Positions 1 through 10,197 of a stretch of DNA of 64,000 nucleotides are shown in pieces; the stretch's first letter is position 1; every line of letters starts with the position of its first letter. The notes below the pieces were generated by a model. The model made no database searches. It was not told the DNA's origin and saw nothing but the letters and a program-made list of their open reading frames with translations. A program made the translations under genes and the position numbers. The stretch is taken from contig CALKJQ010000035.1 of NCBI GenBank assembly GCA_937995785.1, forward strand, positions 133-64,132, written 5' to 3'. This stretch comes from Candidatus Kapaibacterium sp. GTDB taxonomy: Bacteria > Bacteroidota > Ignavibacteria > Kapaibacteriales > UBA2268.

Positions 1-152
1 ATAGTTTGCTTATTCTTTCGCTTCCCAAAAACCGATCAAGCAAAATCACAAATTTTAAACACTATATAACCGACGCCCCAATATAATACCCCGCAAGTTT
101 ATAATATCAACAAAATAAATCAATATCATTATAAATAATCAAGGAGTAGAAA

Positions 153-1070
153 ATGAAAAGAGACTTCCTATCAGTAAGGGATTTTACGCAAGAAGAAATT
201 TTAGAATCGTTCGAGTTAGCTCGCGATATGAAAAAAGACAGAATGAAATATAACGACTCGCTAAAAGGTCAGACATTAGCATTGATTTTCGAGAAACCAT
301 CATTAAGAACAAGAACCACATTTGACGTGGGAATACAGCAATTGGGCGGTTATTCGTTGTATCTTTCGCCAAACGAAATTAGTTTAGGTAAAAGAGAATC
401 CGTTTATGACGTAGCCAAAAATTTGGAAAGAATGGTGCAAGGAATTATGATTCGCACATTTGCCCATCAAATAGTGGAAGATATGGCAAAACACGCTCGC
501 ATTCCAATAATTAATGGATTGACAGATTTATTGCATCCTTGCCAAGCAATGGCAGATTATTTAACAATATTAGAACACAAGGGAAAGTTGGATAATTCAA
601 TTAAAGTAGTATATGTTGGCGATGGAAATAACGTAGCTCATTCATTAATGTATGCGGGAGCAAGATTGGGAGTGAATGTTACTGTGTCCACCCCACGCGG
701 GTTCGAACCAAATGCGATTGTATGGAAAAATGCAGTCGAGGACGCGCAAACCAAAGGAGCAAAGATAGAAATCGTCCACGATCCAATAGAAGCCGTTAAG
801 GATGCCGATGTGATATACACCGACGTTTGGGCATCAATGGGGCAGGAAAGCGAAACAGAAAAACGCAAGCAAATATTCCATCCCTATCAAGTTAATTCCA
901 AACTAATGAGCTATGCAAAGCCGGATGCTATATTTATGCATTGTTTGCCCGCACACCGTGGCGACGAAGTAACCGACGAAGTAATAGATTCACCACAATC
1001 AGTAGTATTCGACGAAGCCGAAAACCGATTGCATGCTCAAAAAGCAATTATGTATAAATTGATGAAATAG
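153..1070 (+). CDS. argF: Ornithine carbamoyltransferase
   Basis: Motifs SLRTR, HPCQ, DVWASMG (ornithine-binding SMG loop), HCLP; AAGGAG Shine-Dalgarno upstream. Context next to carbamate kinase suggests a catabolic (ArcB-like) role. Confidence 0.95.
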   Translation: MKRDFLSVRDFTQEEILESFELARDMKKDRMKYNDSLKGQTLALIFEKPSLRTRTTFDVGIQQLGGYSLYLSPNEISLGKRESVYDVAKNLERMVQGIMIRTFAHQIVEDMAKHARIPIINGLTDLLHPCQAMADYLTILEHKGKLDNSIKVVYVGDGNNVAHSLMYAGARLGVNVTVSTPRGFEPNAIVWKNAVEDAQTKGAKIEIVHDPIEAVKDADVIYTDVWASMGQESETEKRKQIFHPYQVNSKLMSYAKPDAIFMHCLPAHRGDEVTDEVIDSPQSVVFDEAENRLHAQKAIMYKLMK

Positions 1071-1078
1071 GTTCTTTT

Positions 1079-2032
1079 ATGTCCAAAACAGCGTTAATTG
1101 CAGTTGGCGGTAATTCATTAATTCGTGCTGGTCAGCGAGGTACAATCGAAGAACAGTACGAAAATGCATTAGCCACAGCTCGTGCAATAGCCAAAATGAT
1201 TAAAGATGGTTGGGAAGTAGTGGTAACCCACGGAAATGGTCCCCAAGCTGGTGCCGCCCTAATTCGCTCCGAACGTGGTTCTAACGAAGTTTACACCCAT
1301 ACATTAGATATGTGTGTGGCAACCACACAAAGCGAGATTGGTTATATCCTACAAAGGGCATTTATCCAAGCTTTTCGCGAATTAGAAATTAATAGAGACG
1401 TTCTTACGATACCAACAATGGTGGTTGTCGATCCAAAAGATGCTGCATTCCAAAACCCATCTAAACCAATAGGTCCGTTCTACACACGAGAAATTGCTTT
1501 GCATAAAAAAGAAACGTTAGGTTGGAATGTGGTTGAAGATGCCGCACGCGGATGGCGACGCGTCGTTGCCTCGCCCGAACCTATCGAAATAGTGGAATTA
1601 GATATTATAAAAAAAATAATCGAGTTGAATATTATTGCAATTGCACTCGGTGGAGGTGGTATTCCCGTAATTCGTCAAACCGACCAAACACTTGTCGGTA
1701 GCGAAGCCGTTATCGACAAAGACCGCTCTTCTGCTTTGCTAGCCAATGGATTGAATGTTGATTTGTTTATAATTAGTACGGATGCCGACAAAGTGTATTT
1801 GAATTTCAAAAAAAACAACCAACAAGGATTAGACCTCGTAACTTTGCAAGAAATCGAAAAATACTATAACGAAGGGCATTTTCCACCAGGGAATATGGGA
1901 CCAAAAGTCGAGGCAGTTATGCGATACCTAAGAAACGGAGGCAAGAAGGCAATTATTACAACATTCGATTTCATTCCCGATGCATTGGAAGGTCGTGCCG
2001 GAACAACAATTATTCCAAATAATGAAAAGTGA
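1079..2032 (+). CDS. arcC: Carbamate kinase
   Basis: AVGGNSL, THGNGPQAG, KPIGPFY, RRVVASPEP, GGGGIPV, VIDKD, GNMGPK. Confidence 0.96.
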   Translation: MSKTALIAVGGNSLIRAGQRGTIEEQYENALATARAIAKMIKDGWEVVVTHGNGPQAGAALIRSERGSNEVYTHTLDMCVATTQSEIGYILQRAFIQAFRELEINRDVLTIPTMVVVDPKDAAFQNPSKPIGPFYTREIALHKKETLGWNVVEDAARGWRRVVASPEPIEIVELDIIKKIIELNIIAIALGGGGIPVIRQTDQTLVGSEAVIDKDRSSALLANGLNVDLFIISTDADKVYLNFKKNNQQGLDLVTLQEIEKYYNEGHFPPGNMGPKVEAVMRYLRNGGKKAIITTFDFIPDALEGRAGTTIIPNNEK

Positions 2033-2039
2033 GGATAAA

Positions 2040-2957
2040 ATGAATATAAAACACATTATCGAATCCCAACAATTCAAGGTTCCAAGAATAATGGAATTAT
2101 TCGAACGAACCAATGCTATGAAGAAAATTGTTGCACGTGGTGGAACGTTGGATTACCAAAGCAAGATACTTGCAACACTTTTTTATTCCCCTTCCACAAG
2201 AACACGATTTTCGTTCGAATCGGCAATGTATAGGTTAGGTGGAAAAGTATTAAGCACCGAAAACGCACGCGAATTTTCGTCCGAAATCAAAGACGAAAGG
2301 TTGGAGGATACTATTCGCATAATCAACAATTATTGCGATGTAATAGTTTTGCGACATCACGAAACGGGTGGAGCTCGGCGTGCTGCATCAGTTTCCAATG
2401 TTCCAATTATTAACGCCGGCGACGGCAGTGGTGGTCAGCATCCAACTCAAGCTTTATTGGATTTATACACAATTCATCAAGAATGCCACACAATCGATGG
2501 GCTTTCGGTTGCTTTTATTGGTGCTTTGGATAATGGGCGAACCGCTCGCTCACTGGCATATTTGCTGAGTAAATTCGATAGAGTAAAACTTTACTTTATT
2601 GCACCAAAAGAATTGCAGATGAAACAAGACATTTTGGACCACTTGGACGAACACGAAATAAGCTACGAATTAACCAATACGACCAAGAACATAATAGAAA
2701 AAGTCGATATTTTATACGTCACACGAATAGATCGCGAAAGATTACAAAAGAAAAATGTTAACTTAGAAGAATACAATATCACGCCATCGATACTCAAAAG
2801 ATTAAAGAAAAATGCTCGTATTCTCCATCCATTGCCACGCTCGGTGGAAATTTCTTCCGAAGTAGATAGCGATCCACGAGCTGCCTATTTCCGTCAAGCC
2901 GAGAATGGATTGTATTTGCGTATGGCATTGTTAAGTATGCTATTCGATGGCGAATAA
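2040..2957 (+). CDS. pyrB: Aspartate carbamoyltransferase-like catalytic subunit (divergent)
   Basis: STRTRFSFE, LRH, INAGDG, HPTQALLD, HPLPR, YFRQAENG. Start moved from 1980 to ATG 2040, which follows GAGGA and the arcC stop. Confidence 0.8.
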   Translation: MNIKHIIESQQFKVPRIMELFERTNAMKKIVARGGTLDYQSKILATLFYSPSTRTRFSFESAMYRLGGKVLSTENAREFSSEIKDERLEDTIRIINNYCDVIVLRHHETGGARRAASVSNVPIINAGDGSGGQHPTQALLDLYTIHQECHTIDGLSVAFIGALDNGRTARSLAYLLSKFDRVKLYFIAPKELQMKQDILDHLDEHEISYELTNTTKNIIEKVDILYVTRIDRERLQKKNVNLEEYNITPSILKRLKKNARILHPLPRSVEISSEVDSDPRAAYFRQAENGLYLRMALLSMLFDGE

Positions 2958-3020
2958 TTGTTATTATTCAATAGTAATAACATAATATAAAAGATTTGAA
3001 TAATTAATCAAAAATAGAAT

Positions 3021-4223
3021 ATGAAAACACAAGAATTTATCGAAATTGAAAACAAATTAGGTGCTCATAACTACCATCCGCTGGATGTGGTTGTTGAAAG
3101 TGCCGTAGGCGTGTGGGTTACCGATGTGGAAGGCAAAAAATATATGGATTGCCTTTCGGCATATTCTGCAGTTAACCAAGGACATCGCCATCCAAAGATT
3201 TTTAAAGCAATGGTCGAGCAAGCCGAAAAAGTTACTTTAACAAGTCGCGCCTTCCGCAACGACAAATTGCCAATGCTTTATAAAAAATTACACGAAATGA
3301 CCGGATACGAAAAGTTCCTGCCAATGAATACTGGCGCCGAAGCCGTAGAAACTGCAATTAAAACTGCTCGTAAATGGGCTTACAAAGTGAAAGGATTACC
3401 CGAAAATTCAGCCGAGATTATTGTTGCAACCGAAAATTTCCATGGTCGCACCACTACAATCGTTAGCTTTTCGACTGACCCCGATGCCTACGAATTTTAC
3501 GGACCATTCACTCCCGGCTTCAAAATTGCAGAATATGGTAATATCGAGGATTTTAAACAAAAAATCAATAATAATACAGCCGCAATACTCATAGAACCAA
3601 TTCAGGGCGAAGCCGGAATAATCGTGCCACCAAAAGGTTTCCTAAAAGAAATCGAAGCAATTTGCAAAGAAAAAAATATTTTGTTTATTTGCGATGAAAT
3701 TCAATCGGGACTGGGACGAAGTGGCAAATTGTTTGCACACTACTACGAAGGTGTTCGCCCCGATATAGTTGTTGTTGGCAAAGCACTCGGTGGTGGTTTC
3801 TATCCCGTTTCGGGAATTTTGGCAGATAGCCGCATACTCGACGTATTCCAACCAGGAACTCACGGCTCAACTTTTGGTGGAAACCCATTGGCTGCAGCAA
3901 TTGCAATTGCATCGTTGGAGGTAATCGAAGAAGAAAATTTAGCAGAACGCTCATTCGAATTAGGTAATTACTTTGTGGAACAATTAAAAGCAATTAATTC
4001 GCCTTATTTCCACGAAGTTCGAGGTGCGGGACTATGGATTGGTTTGCAATTGAACACCAAAGCTCGTCCATTTACGGAAGCCTTGAAAAACGAAGGAGTT
4101 TTGGCAAAAGAAACACACATTCATACCATTCGATTTGCACCACCATTGGTTATAACAAAGGAGGAAATTGATTGGGCAATCGACAAAATTCGCAAAGTAT
4201 TTAATGAAGTAAAACCCGAATAG
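3021..4223 (+). CDS. rocD: Ornithine--oxo-acid aminotransferase (class III PLP enzyme)
   Basis: GAHNYHPL, SAYSAVNQGH, LTSRAF, MNTGAEAVETAIK, DEIQSGLGR, GKALGGG, HGSTFGGNPL. Confidence 0.95.
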   Translation: MKTQEFIEIENKLGAHNYHPLDVVVESAVGVWVTDVEGKKYMDCLSAYSAVNQGHRHPKIFKAMVEQAEKVTLTSRAFRNDKLPMLYKKLHEMTGYEKFLPMNTGAEAVETAIKTARKWAYKVKGLPENSAEIIVATENFHGRTTTIVSFSTDPDAYEFYGPFTPGFKIAEYGNIEDFKQKINNNTAAILIEPIQGEAGIIVPPKGFLKEIEAICKEKNILFICDEIQSGLGRSGKLFAHYYEGVRPDIVVVGKALGGGFYPVSGILADSRILDVFQPGTHGSTFGGNPLAAAIAIASLEVIEEENLAERSFELGNYFVEQLKAINSPYFHEVRGAGLWIGLQLNTKARPFTEALKNEGVLAKETHIHTIRFAPPLVITKEEIDWAIDKIRKVFNEVKPE

Positions 4224-4278
4224 GTTATATTTAGTATAAATTTATTAATTAAAAATAAACAACAAAAGGAGTTTTTTT

Positions 4279-5601
4279 ATGAATAGAATTAAAGTAATTA
4301 TCATTGGAGCGGCAGGTCGCGATTTCCATAATTTCAACACAGTGTATCGTAATAATCCAAATTACGAAGTCGTTGCTTTCACAGCTGCACAGATTCCCGA
4401 CATTGCTGGTCGAAAATATCCAGCAGAATTAGCAGGCGAATACTATCCAAATGGTATTCCAATTTATGATGAAGCAGATTTAGAAAAATTGATTGTTGAC
4501 TTACAAGCAGAAGAATGCGTTTTATCGTATAGTGATTTACCTTATGATACAGTTATGCATATCGGAAGTCGAGTTATGGCGGCCGGAGCAAAATTTTCGA
4601 TGATGGGTTCCTATCCAACTATGGTTAAATCGACTAAACCTATTATTTCGATTACTGCAATTCGTACGGGTTGCGGTAAGAGCCAAACAACTCGTGCAAT
4701 CGTCAAAGCTTTGATTGCCGAAGGAAAAAAAGTTGTTAGCGTTCGCCACCCAATGCCTTATGGGGATTTGGTTGCCCAAAAAGTTCAACGTTTTGCTGCT
4801 ATCGAGGATTTAGTTAAACATAAATGCACCATCGAGGAAATGGAAGAATACGAACCACACATCGCAATGGGCAGTGTGATTTATGCAGGAGTTGATTACG
4901 AAGCAATTTTACGCGAAGCCGAAAAAGAAGCCGATGTTATTGTTTGGGATGGTGGTAATAACGATATGCCATTTTATACCCCCGACCTATCAATAGTTGT
5001 AGTCGACCCACTTCGCCCAGGTCACGAAATTGGCTACTATCCAGGCGAAGTTAATTTAAGAATGGCTGACGTTGTGGTTGTTAATAAAGTTGATAGTGCC
5101 TATCCCGAAGATGTGGATGAAGTATTGAATAATGTCCGTACATATAATCCAAAAGCACGTATAGTATTGGCTGCATCCGCTTTGATGGTTGATAATCCCG
5201 AATTGATTTTAGGCAAAAAAGTATTGGCTATCGAAGATGGTCCAACATTAACCCACGGCGAAATGACTATTGGTGCTGGCGTGGTTGCCGCCCAACGTTT
5301 TGGTGCTGCCGAATTAGTCGATCCGCGTCCATGGGTTGTTGGCAAAATTGACGAAACTTATCAAAAGTATCCATACATCGGAACTTTGTTACCCGCAATG
5401 GGTTATGGTGAGCAACAAATGAAAGATTTGGAAGAAACAATCAATCGTGTTGAATGCGACTCTGTTGTTATTGGAACACCAATCGATTTGGCTCGTTTTA
5501 TTAAAATTGATAAACCAAATACTCGTGTTTACTACGAATTATCCGAAATTGGCAAACCAGATATGAGGGATTTAGTCAAGGAATTTCTAAATAAAATATA
5601 A
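4279..5601 (+). CDS. Arginine synthetase (ArcE)-like P-loop NTPase, often annotated as cyclic 2,3-diphosphoglycerate synthase-like or GTPase
   Basis: GAAGRDFHNFN N-terminus, RTGCGKSQT P-loop, RHPMPYGDL, CTIEEMEEYEP, WDGGNND, EDGPTLTHG, LPAMGY; co-operonic with OTCase and carbamate kinase. Confidence 0.8.
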   Translation: MNRIKVIIIGAAGRDFHNFNTVYRNNPNYEVVAFTAAQIPDIAGRKYPAELAGEYYPNGIPIYDEADLEKLIVDLQAEECVLSYSDLPYDTVMHIGSRVMAAGAKFSMMGSYPTMVKSTKPIISITAIRTGCGKSQTTRAIVKALIAEGKKVVSVRHPMPYGDLVAQKVQRFAAIEDLVKHKCTIEEMEEYEPHIAMGSVIYAGVDYEAILREAEKEADVIVWDGGNNDMPFYTPDLSIVVVDPLRPGHEIGYYPGEVNLRMADVVVVNKVDSAYPEDVDEVLNNVRTYNPKARIVLAASALMVDNPELILGKKVLAIEDGPTLTHGEMTIGAGVVAAQRFGAAELVDPRPWVVGKIDETYQKYPYIGTLLPAMGYGEQQMKDLEETINRVECDSVVIGTPIDLARFIKIDKPNTRVYYELSEIGKPDMRDLVKEFLNKI

Positions 5602-5645
5602 ATGTGTGGTTTATTTTACTATCTAATTCACGATTGAATTAGTTT

Positions 5646-5677
5646 AAAAAGCCCCGTTTAGAGCGGGGCTTTTTTTT
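5646..5677. terminator. Bidirectional intrinsic terminator
   Basis: AAAAA-GCCCCG-tttagag-CGGGGC-TTTTTTTT between the convergent arginine operon and tRNA-Thr. Confidence 0.85.
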
Positions 5678-5684
5678 GTATTCG

Positions 5685-5757
5685 AGCCATTGAGGGGACT
5701 TGAACCCCTGGCCTGTTCATTACGAGTGAACTGCTCTGCCAGCTGAGCTACAATGGC
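5685..5757 (-). tRNA. tRNA-Thr(CGT)
   Basis: Reverse complement folds as a cloverleaf: acceptor GCCATTG/CAATGGC, anticodon arm GTTCA-CTCGTAA-TGAAC, T-loop GGTTCAAGTCC. CCA not encoded. Confidence 0.95.
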
Positions 5758-5763
5758 ATATTG

Positions 5764-5771
5764 CAAAATTA
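5764..5771 (-). promoter_or_regulatory. Bacteroidota-type -7 promoter element (TAATTTTG) for tRNA-Thr
   Basis: TAnnTTTG match ending about 6 nt before the tRNA 5' end; the same octamer recurs upstream of many genes in this window. Confidence 0.55.
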
Positions 5772-5786
5772 AATAAAAAAAAATAA

Positions 5787-8030
5787 TTACGATATTTTCT
5801 GCAACTTAGCATAGGCAACCATTATTTGCTTGCGACCAACTGAAGTAAAGTCTATTGTGAGTTTCAAATTTTGATTTTGTCCCGACATAGCCACCACTTT
5901 TCCCTCTCCAAAAAATGGGTGAATAACTCGTTCGCCTAACCTATATCCTTGGTCTTCGGGCAATTGCGAATAACTGCTTTGGCGAGGTTCGTCGTCGAAA
6001 TATTTTTGCTTAATTGGATTTTTTTTATTGAAACCAAAATCTTTAGTATAAAAGTTGCCCGTTTGTGTCTTTATATTCTTAGATGAAATATCGTTCCAAT
6101 CCAATAAATTTTTGTCGATTTCATATAAAAAAGTAGATGGAGATTGGTATTGATACTCACCAAACCTTGCTCTTTGGCGTGCATAGGTTAGATATAGGCG
6201 TTTCTTTGCTCTTGTCATACCCACATAAAATAGCCTGCGTTCTTCTTCTTCCTCTTCTTTGTTGTTTGGTCCACGCATTATTGGGAATAAACCTTTTTCC
6301 AATCCAGTAATAAAAACAACAGGGAATTCCAATCCTTTTGCAGTGTGTATGGTCATCATCGAAACCATCGAGCCATCAAATTGCTTAACATCAAAATCGG
6401 TAAGTAACGATATTTGTTGGAGATAATCGCTTAGATTTTGGTTTGGATTACTGCGTGCAAAAAGAATTATATCATTGATTAACTGGGATATATTATTCCA
6501 TCTTTCGGTCATTTCGGTGCTATCTATTTGGCGATACATTTCGAATAATCCCGTTTGCTCTAAATATTCTGTAACTAATTCATCCAATGGCTTTTCTTCC
6601 AATTGATTTTTATATGTTTGAATTAGTTTTACGAAATTTTTAAGCGTAACAACTGCGCGGGTCTGTAATCCTTCAATTTCATCGGCTTTAGTTAAGCTAT
6701 CAAATAATGATACATTGGAATTCTTTGCATAATTAATAGAATGTTCCAAAGTAGTTTTACCAATTCCTCGAGGTGGTTCATTTATAATTCTTAATAATGA
6801 AATGTTGTCGTTCGAATTGAGGAGTAACCTTAAATAAGCCAGAACATCTTTGATTTCTTTTCTTTGGTAAAAAGATAATCCTCCAAAAATTCGATAAGGA
6901 ATGTTATATGTTCTAAACGATCTTTCAATAATCAATGATTGTGCATTAGTTCTATATAGAATAGCGATATCACCATAGTTCAATTGCTCATTTACGATTT
7001 TTTTGATTTGATGGGCAATCAAACTACCTTCTTCATTATCGTTTTCTGCATCGATAACTTTTGTTTTTTCGCCAAATTCATTTTCTGTCCATAGTTTTTT
7101 AGGAATTTGATTTCGATTATTCTGAATAACCGAATGAGCGGCATCCAATATAGCAGTCGTTGAGCGATAATTTTGCTCCAATCTAATTTGTTTTGCAGCC
7201 GGGAAATCTTTAGTAAAATTTAGGATATTTTTAATTTCTGCACCACGCCACCTGTAAATACTTTGGGCATCGTCGCCGACCACAAATATATTGGAATGGG
7301 CTTTAGCAAGATTCCACACTATTCTGTATTGCGGTTTGTTGGTATCTTGAAACTCATCAACTAAGATATACCTGAATTTTTGTTGATATTTTTCGAGAAT
7401 AGTTTTGTTAGATACAAACAAATCCAAAGTATTTAAAAGTAAATCGTCGAAATCCATTGCTTTGCTTCGGTATAATTCGTCCTGATAATTTAGGTAAAGT
7501 TGCGCTATCTTTTTTTCATAAGTGGTTTGGGCAACTCTCGCATAATCCAATGCATTAATCATCTCGTTTTTTGCTCTGGAAATTGTATGTTGAACAGATT
7601 GGGGCGACATTTCGTTGGACGTGACATTATTATCCTTCATAATTTGTCTAATCAACGACAATGAGTCCTCTTGGTCATAAATTGTGAAGTCTCGATTGTA
7701 TCCAATTTCCTCGGCTTCAATCCTTAAAATTCGAGCAAATATAGAATGGAAAGTACCTGCCCATACCCGGTTGGCTAACGAGTGGTTTAGGATATTGGCA
7801 ATTCGTTCCTTCATTTCGTTTGCGGCTTTGTTGGTAAATGTCAATGCTAATATCTCGGATGGTTCCACTCCCGAATATATCAAATAGGCAACCCTTGTCG
7901 TTAGAACTCGAGTTTTGCCCGACCCCGCTCCAGCAATAACTTGAATTGGTCCATTAATAGCCATTGTGGCTTCCTTTTGGGGAGCATTCATTTGGTTGAT
8001 TATTTCGAAAAGTCTGTCCTGAATTTCCAT
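5787..8030 (-). CDS. pcrA: ATP-dependent DNA helicase UvrD/PcrA
   Basis: AGAGSGKT, TFTNKAA, DEFQD, VGDDAQSIY, LEQNYRS, TIHTAKGLEF, EERRLFYVGMTRA, C-terminal Tudor-like HPFFGEG. Confidence 0.93.
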   Translation of the reverse strand: MEIQDRLFEIINQMNAPQKEATMAINGPIQVIAGAGSGKTRVLTTRVAYLIYSGVEPSEILALTFTNKAANEMKERIANILNHSLANRVWAGTFHSIFARILRIEAEEIGYNRDFTIYDQEDSLSLIRQIMKDNNVTSNEMSPQSVQHTISRAKNEMINALDYARVAQTTYEKKIAQLYLNYQDELYRSKAMDFDDLLLNTLDLFVSNKTILEKYQQKFRYILVDEFQDTNKPQYRIVWNLAKAHSNIFVVGDDAQSIYRWRGAEIKNILNFTKDFPAAKQIRLEQNYRSTTAILDAAHSVIQNNRNQIPKKLWTENEFGEKTKVIDAENDNEEGSLIAHQIKKIVNEQLNYGDIAILYRTNAQSLIIERSFRTYNIPYRIFGGLSFYQRKEIKDVLAYLRLLLNSNDNISLLRIINEPPRGIGKTTLEHSINYAKNSNVSLFDSLTKADEIEGLQTRAVVTLKNFVKLIQTYKNQLEEKPLDELVTEYLEQTGLFEMYRQIDSTEMTERWNNISQLINDIILFARSNPNQNLSDYLQQISLLTDFDVKQFDGSMVSMMTIHTAKGLEFPVVFITGLEKGLFPIMRGPNNKEEEEEERRLFYVGMTRAKKRLYLTYARQRARFGEYQYQSPSTFLYEIDKNLLDWNDISSKNIKTQTGNFYTKDFGFNKKNPIKQKYFDDEPRQSSYSQLPEDQGYRLGERVIHPFFGEGKVVAMSGQNQNLKLTIDFTSVGRKQIMVAYAKLQKIS

Positions 8031-8058
8031 AAAGTTAAGTTAGTAACAAATATAACAA

Positions 8059-8982
8059 TTATAACGCATAGCTAAATCCAATACCTAAGTTATGTTTTAT
8101 TTGCAGTCTCGGTCCGGTGCCAATCTGAGTTTTTTTGCCATCGATATCTTTGAATATTGGAATTGGAATATCTTGATCATAAATAAAATGCATAAACAAA
8201 TTGGCTGAAATGTAGTCATTAACTTTAAAAAAAATAGAGGTTTCGGAGTTAATATCGATGTTTTTTCTATTTCCTAAATCGGGGTCGGTGTAATTATTGA
8301 ACAAATCGAGTTTGGTTTGCACCTTAACATTTTCCAAAGGGACAAACGTGTAGTTGATTGAAGTAGCAATACCAAAGTCAAATCTCACTCGGGTACCTTT
8401 TTCGATTAATACGCCTGCACTATCATACTTGGCAGGCTTAACGCCAAAAGCACCTTTGTTAGCAAGCTCTTCGTCCTCAACGAAAGTTGTTCGACCCGAC
8501 AACGGCGATAATGATATGGATAAATTGTCGTATGGTTTAAAATCCAAACCTAAGTTGGCAATTAGATAGGCAGGAGCAAAAAATTTGGAGACAATGTCCT
8601 TGTCGTTGGGGTATTGGTAACCATTATCGAACTGGGTTCGGAAAATCAAATTAAATGAATAATAATACTGAGTGAAAGCTCTATAACCTAACTTTGTGGA
8701 TAATTCAATTTTATCTTCATTTTTACGAAATGAATAGTTTTCGCTTGTTTGGAAACCATAACCCATTGCAGCTACATTTTCCCAAATAAAATTTGTATCG
8801 GGGCTGTTATAGCGTGCCTGGTAATTAAATAGAGCTATAATCGATAGTTGATTTTCACCACCCTTTGCCCAATTAGAAAACATCATTTCGTTCAGCAAAG
8901 TGCTAAAGTTGCCATTGCTTTTCCAATCCATTGCAAAAGAACTGCTGTAAAGCAAAAAGAACAAAATAAGTATTTTTTTCAT
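8059..8982 (-). CDS. DUF3078-like outer-membrane beta-barrel protein
   Basis: Signal peptide from ATG 8982; FSNWAKGGEN, FRTQF..GY.YP, SKFFAPAY motifs; aromatic-rich C-terminal strand. Confidence 0.7.
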   Translation of the reverse strand: MKKILILFFLLYSSSFAMDWKSNGNFSTLLNEMMFSNWAKGGENQLSIIALFNYQARYNSPDTNFIWENVAAMGYGFQTSENYSFRKNEDKIELSTKLGYRAFTQYYYSFNLIFRTQFDNGYQYPNDKDIVSKFFAPAYLIANLGLDFKPYDNLSISLSPLSGRTTFVEDEELANKGAFGVKPAKYDSAGVLIEKGTRVRFDFGIATSINYTFVPLENVKVQTKLDLFNNYTDPDLGNRKNIDINSETSIFFKVNDYISANLFMHFIYDQDIPIPIFKDIDGKKTQIGTGPRLQIKHNLGIGFSYAL

Positions 8983-9084
8983 CTTGACTCTTTCAAAAAA
9001 TTTAAAATTAATCAATCTTAATTAATTCAAATTATTCTTTGGATAACTCGTTAATAATATTTTAGAAAAATACAAAATAAATAA

Positions 9085-10197
9085 ATGATAAAGACAAAAT
9101 CGGCTTTTCTTTTTTTTATTCTTTCAGTATTATTTATTTATGGCATATCTAATGCGACAGAAAGAAAACCCTTAACAGCCTATTTAATAGATTCATTGTG
9201 GCATATCGTCGATTATGATGGGAAATTAATGTTCAAACCAATAAAATTAGCTAAAATTCAAGGATTTTCCGAAGGATATTTAACTGTTGCAAAAGTTATT
9301 AATAAGGATACAGTTTGGGGCTTTCTTTCATTAGATGGTCGATTTGGGGTGCCACCAAATTCCCGTTGGGTTGGTTTATTCAAAAATGGCTATGCACTTT
9401 ATGCCAATTGGTATCCCGGGACAGGTGATTTAAAATATTATGGATATGTTCGTAACGACGGAACTATAGTTTGTCCGCCAAAGTATTTGGAAGCTACTGA
9501 ATTTAGCGATGGAGTTGCATTTGTGATGAACTTCGACGAAAGAGGATATATCGATTCCACTTGCCAGATTGTCCGCAAATTTTCGCAAGGGTTTGGCGAG
9601 GCATTCTCCGAAAACTTTGCTGTTGTTCAAGATACTGCAGGAAATTTTGGATATATTAATCGTGATTTTCAAATAAAAATTAAATTAGATTTCGAAGAAG
9701 CATATAGTTTTTCGGATGGATTGGCAAGGGTCAACAAAAATGGATTGTTTGGATTTATCGACTCTACTGGGGAATTCGTTGCCCCTCCTTTGTTCTATAC
9801 AGCAACCGATTTTAAAGAGACTCGGGCATTTGTTGGACAAGGTGAACAGATGCAATCACTTCGTTGGGCATTGATTTCACCAAGAGGGATAAAACTAACC
9901 GACCACATATATTCGGAAATAAACGATTTCTCCGAAGGATTAGCCGCAGTCCGCTCCGACGACAAATGGTTTTATATCACATTGATGGGCGAAAGATTTA
10001 ATAGTAACGAATACGAATATTGTGGTTCTTATGTTGATGGATTAGCCTTTGCCAGGACAAAAGAGAAAAAGAAAAAAACATCTATTCTTACCAACGGCTT
10101 TATTGATATTACGGGAAAATTTGCTCTTAAATTACCATCCAAAACTCGTAAAATTATCGATCTCAGAACAAATAAAACATTTGAATTTGCGGAATAA
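9085..10197 (+). CDS. WG-repeat (KWG-Leptospira type) exported protein
   Basis: Signal peptide plus about 8 repeats of F(S)EG(L/Y)A.V......(W/F)G(F/Y)I(D/N)..G. Confidence 0.85.
   Translation: MIKTKSAFLFFILSVLFIYGISNATERKPLTAYLIDSLWHIVDYDGKLMFKPIKLAKIQGFSEGYLTVAKVINKDTVWGFLSLDGRFGVPPNSRWVGLFKNGYALYANWYPGTGDLKYYGYVRNDGTIVCPPKYLEATEFSDGVAFVMNFDERGYIDSTCQIVRKFSQGFGEAFSENFAVVQDTAGNFGYINRDFQIKIKLDFEEAYSFSDGLARVNKNGLFGFIDSTGEFVAPPLFYTATDFKETRAFVGQGEQMQSLRWALISPRGIKLTDHIYSEINDFSEGLAAVRSDDKWFYITLMGERFNSNEYEYCGSYVDGLAFARTKEKKKKTSILTNGFIDITGKFALKLPSKTRKIIDLRTNKTFEFAE

Noticed and set aside
2959..2982. AT-rich hairpin between the ATCase-like gene and rocD
   Set aside because: Weak stem without a U-tract; cannot be supported as a terminator or operator.
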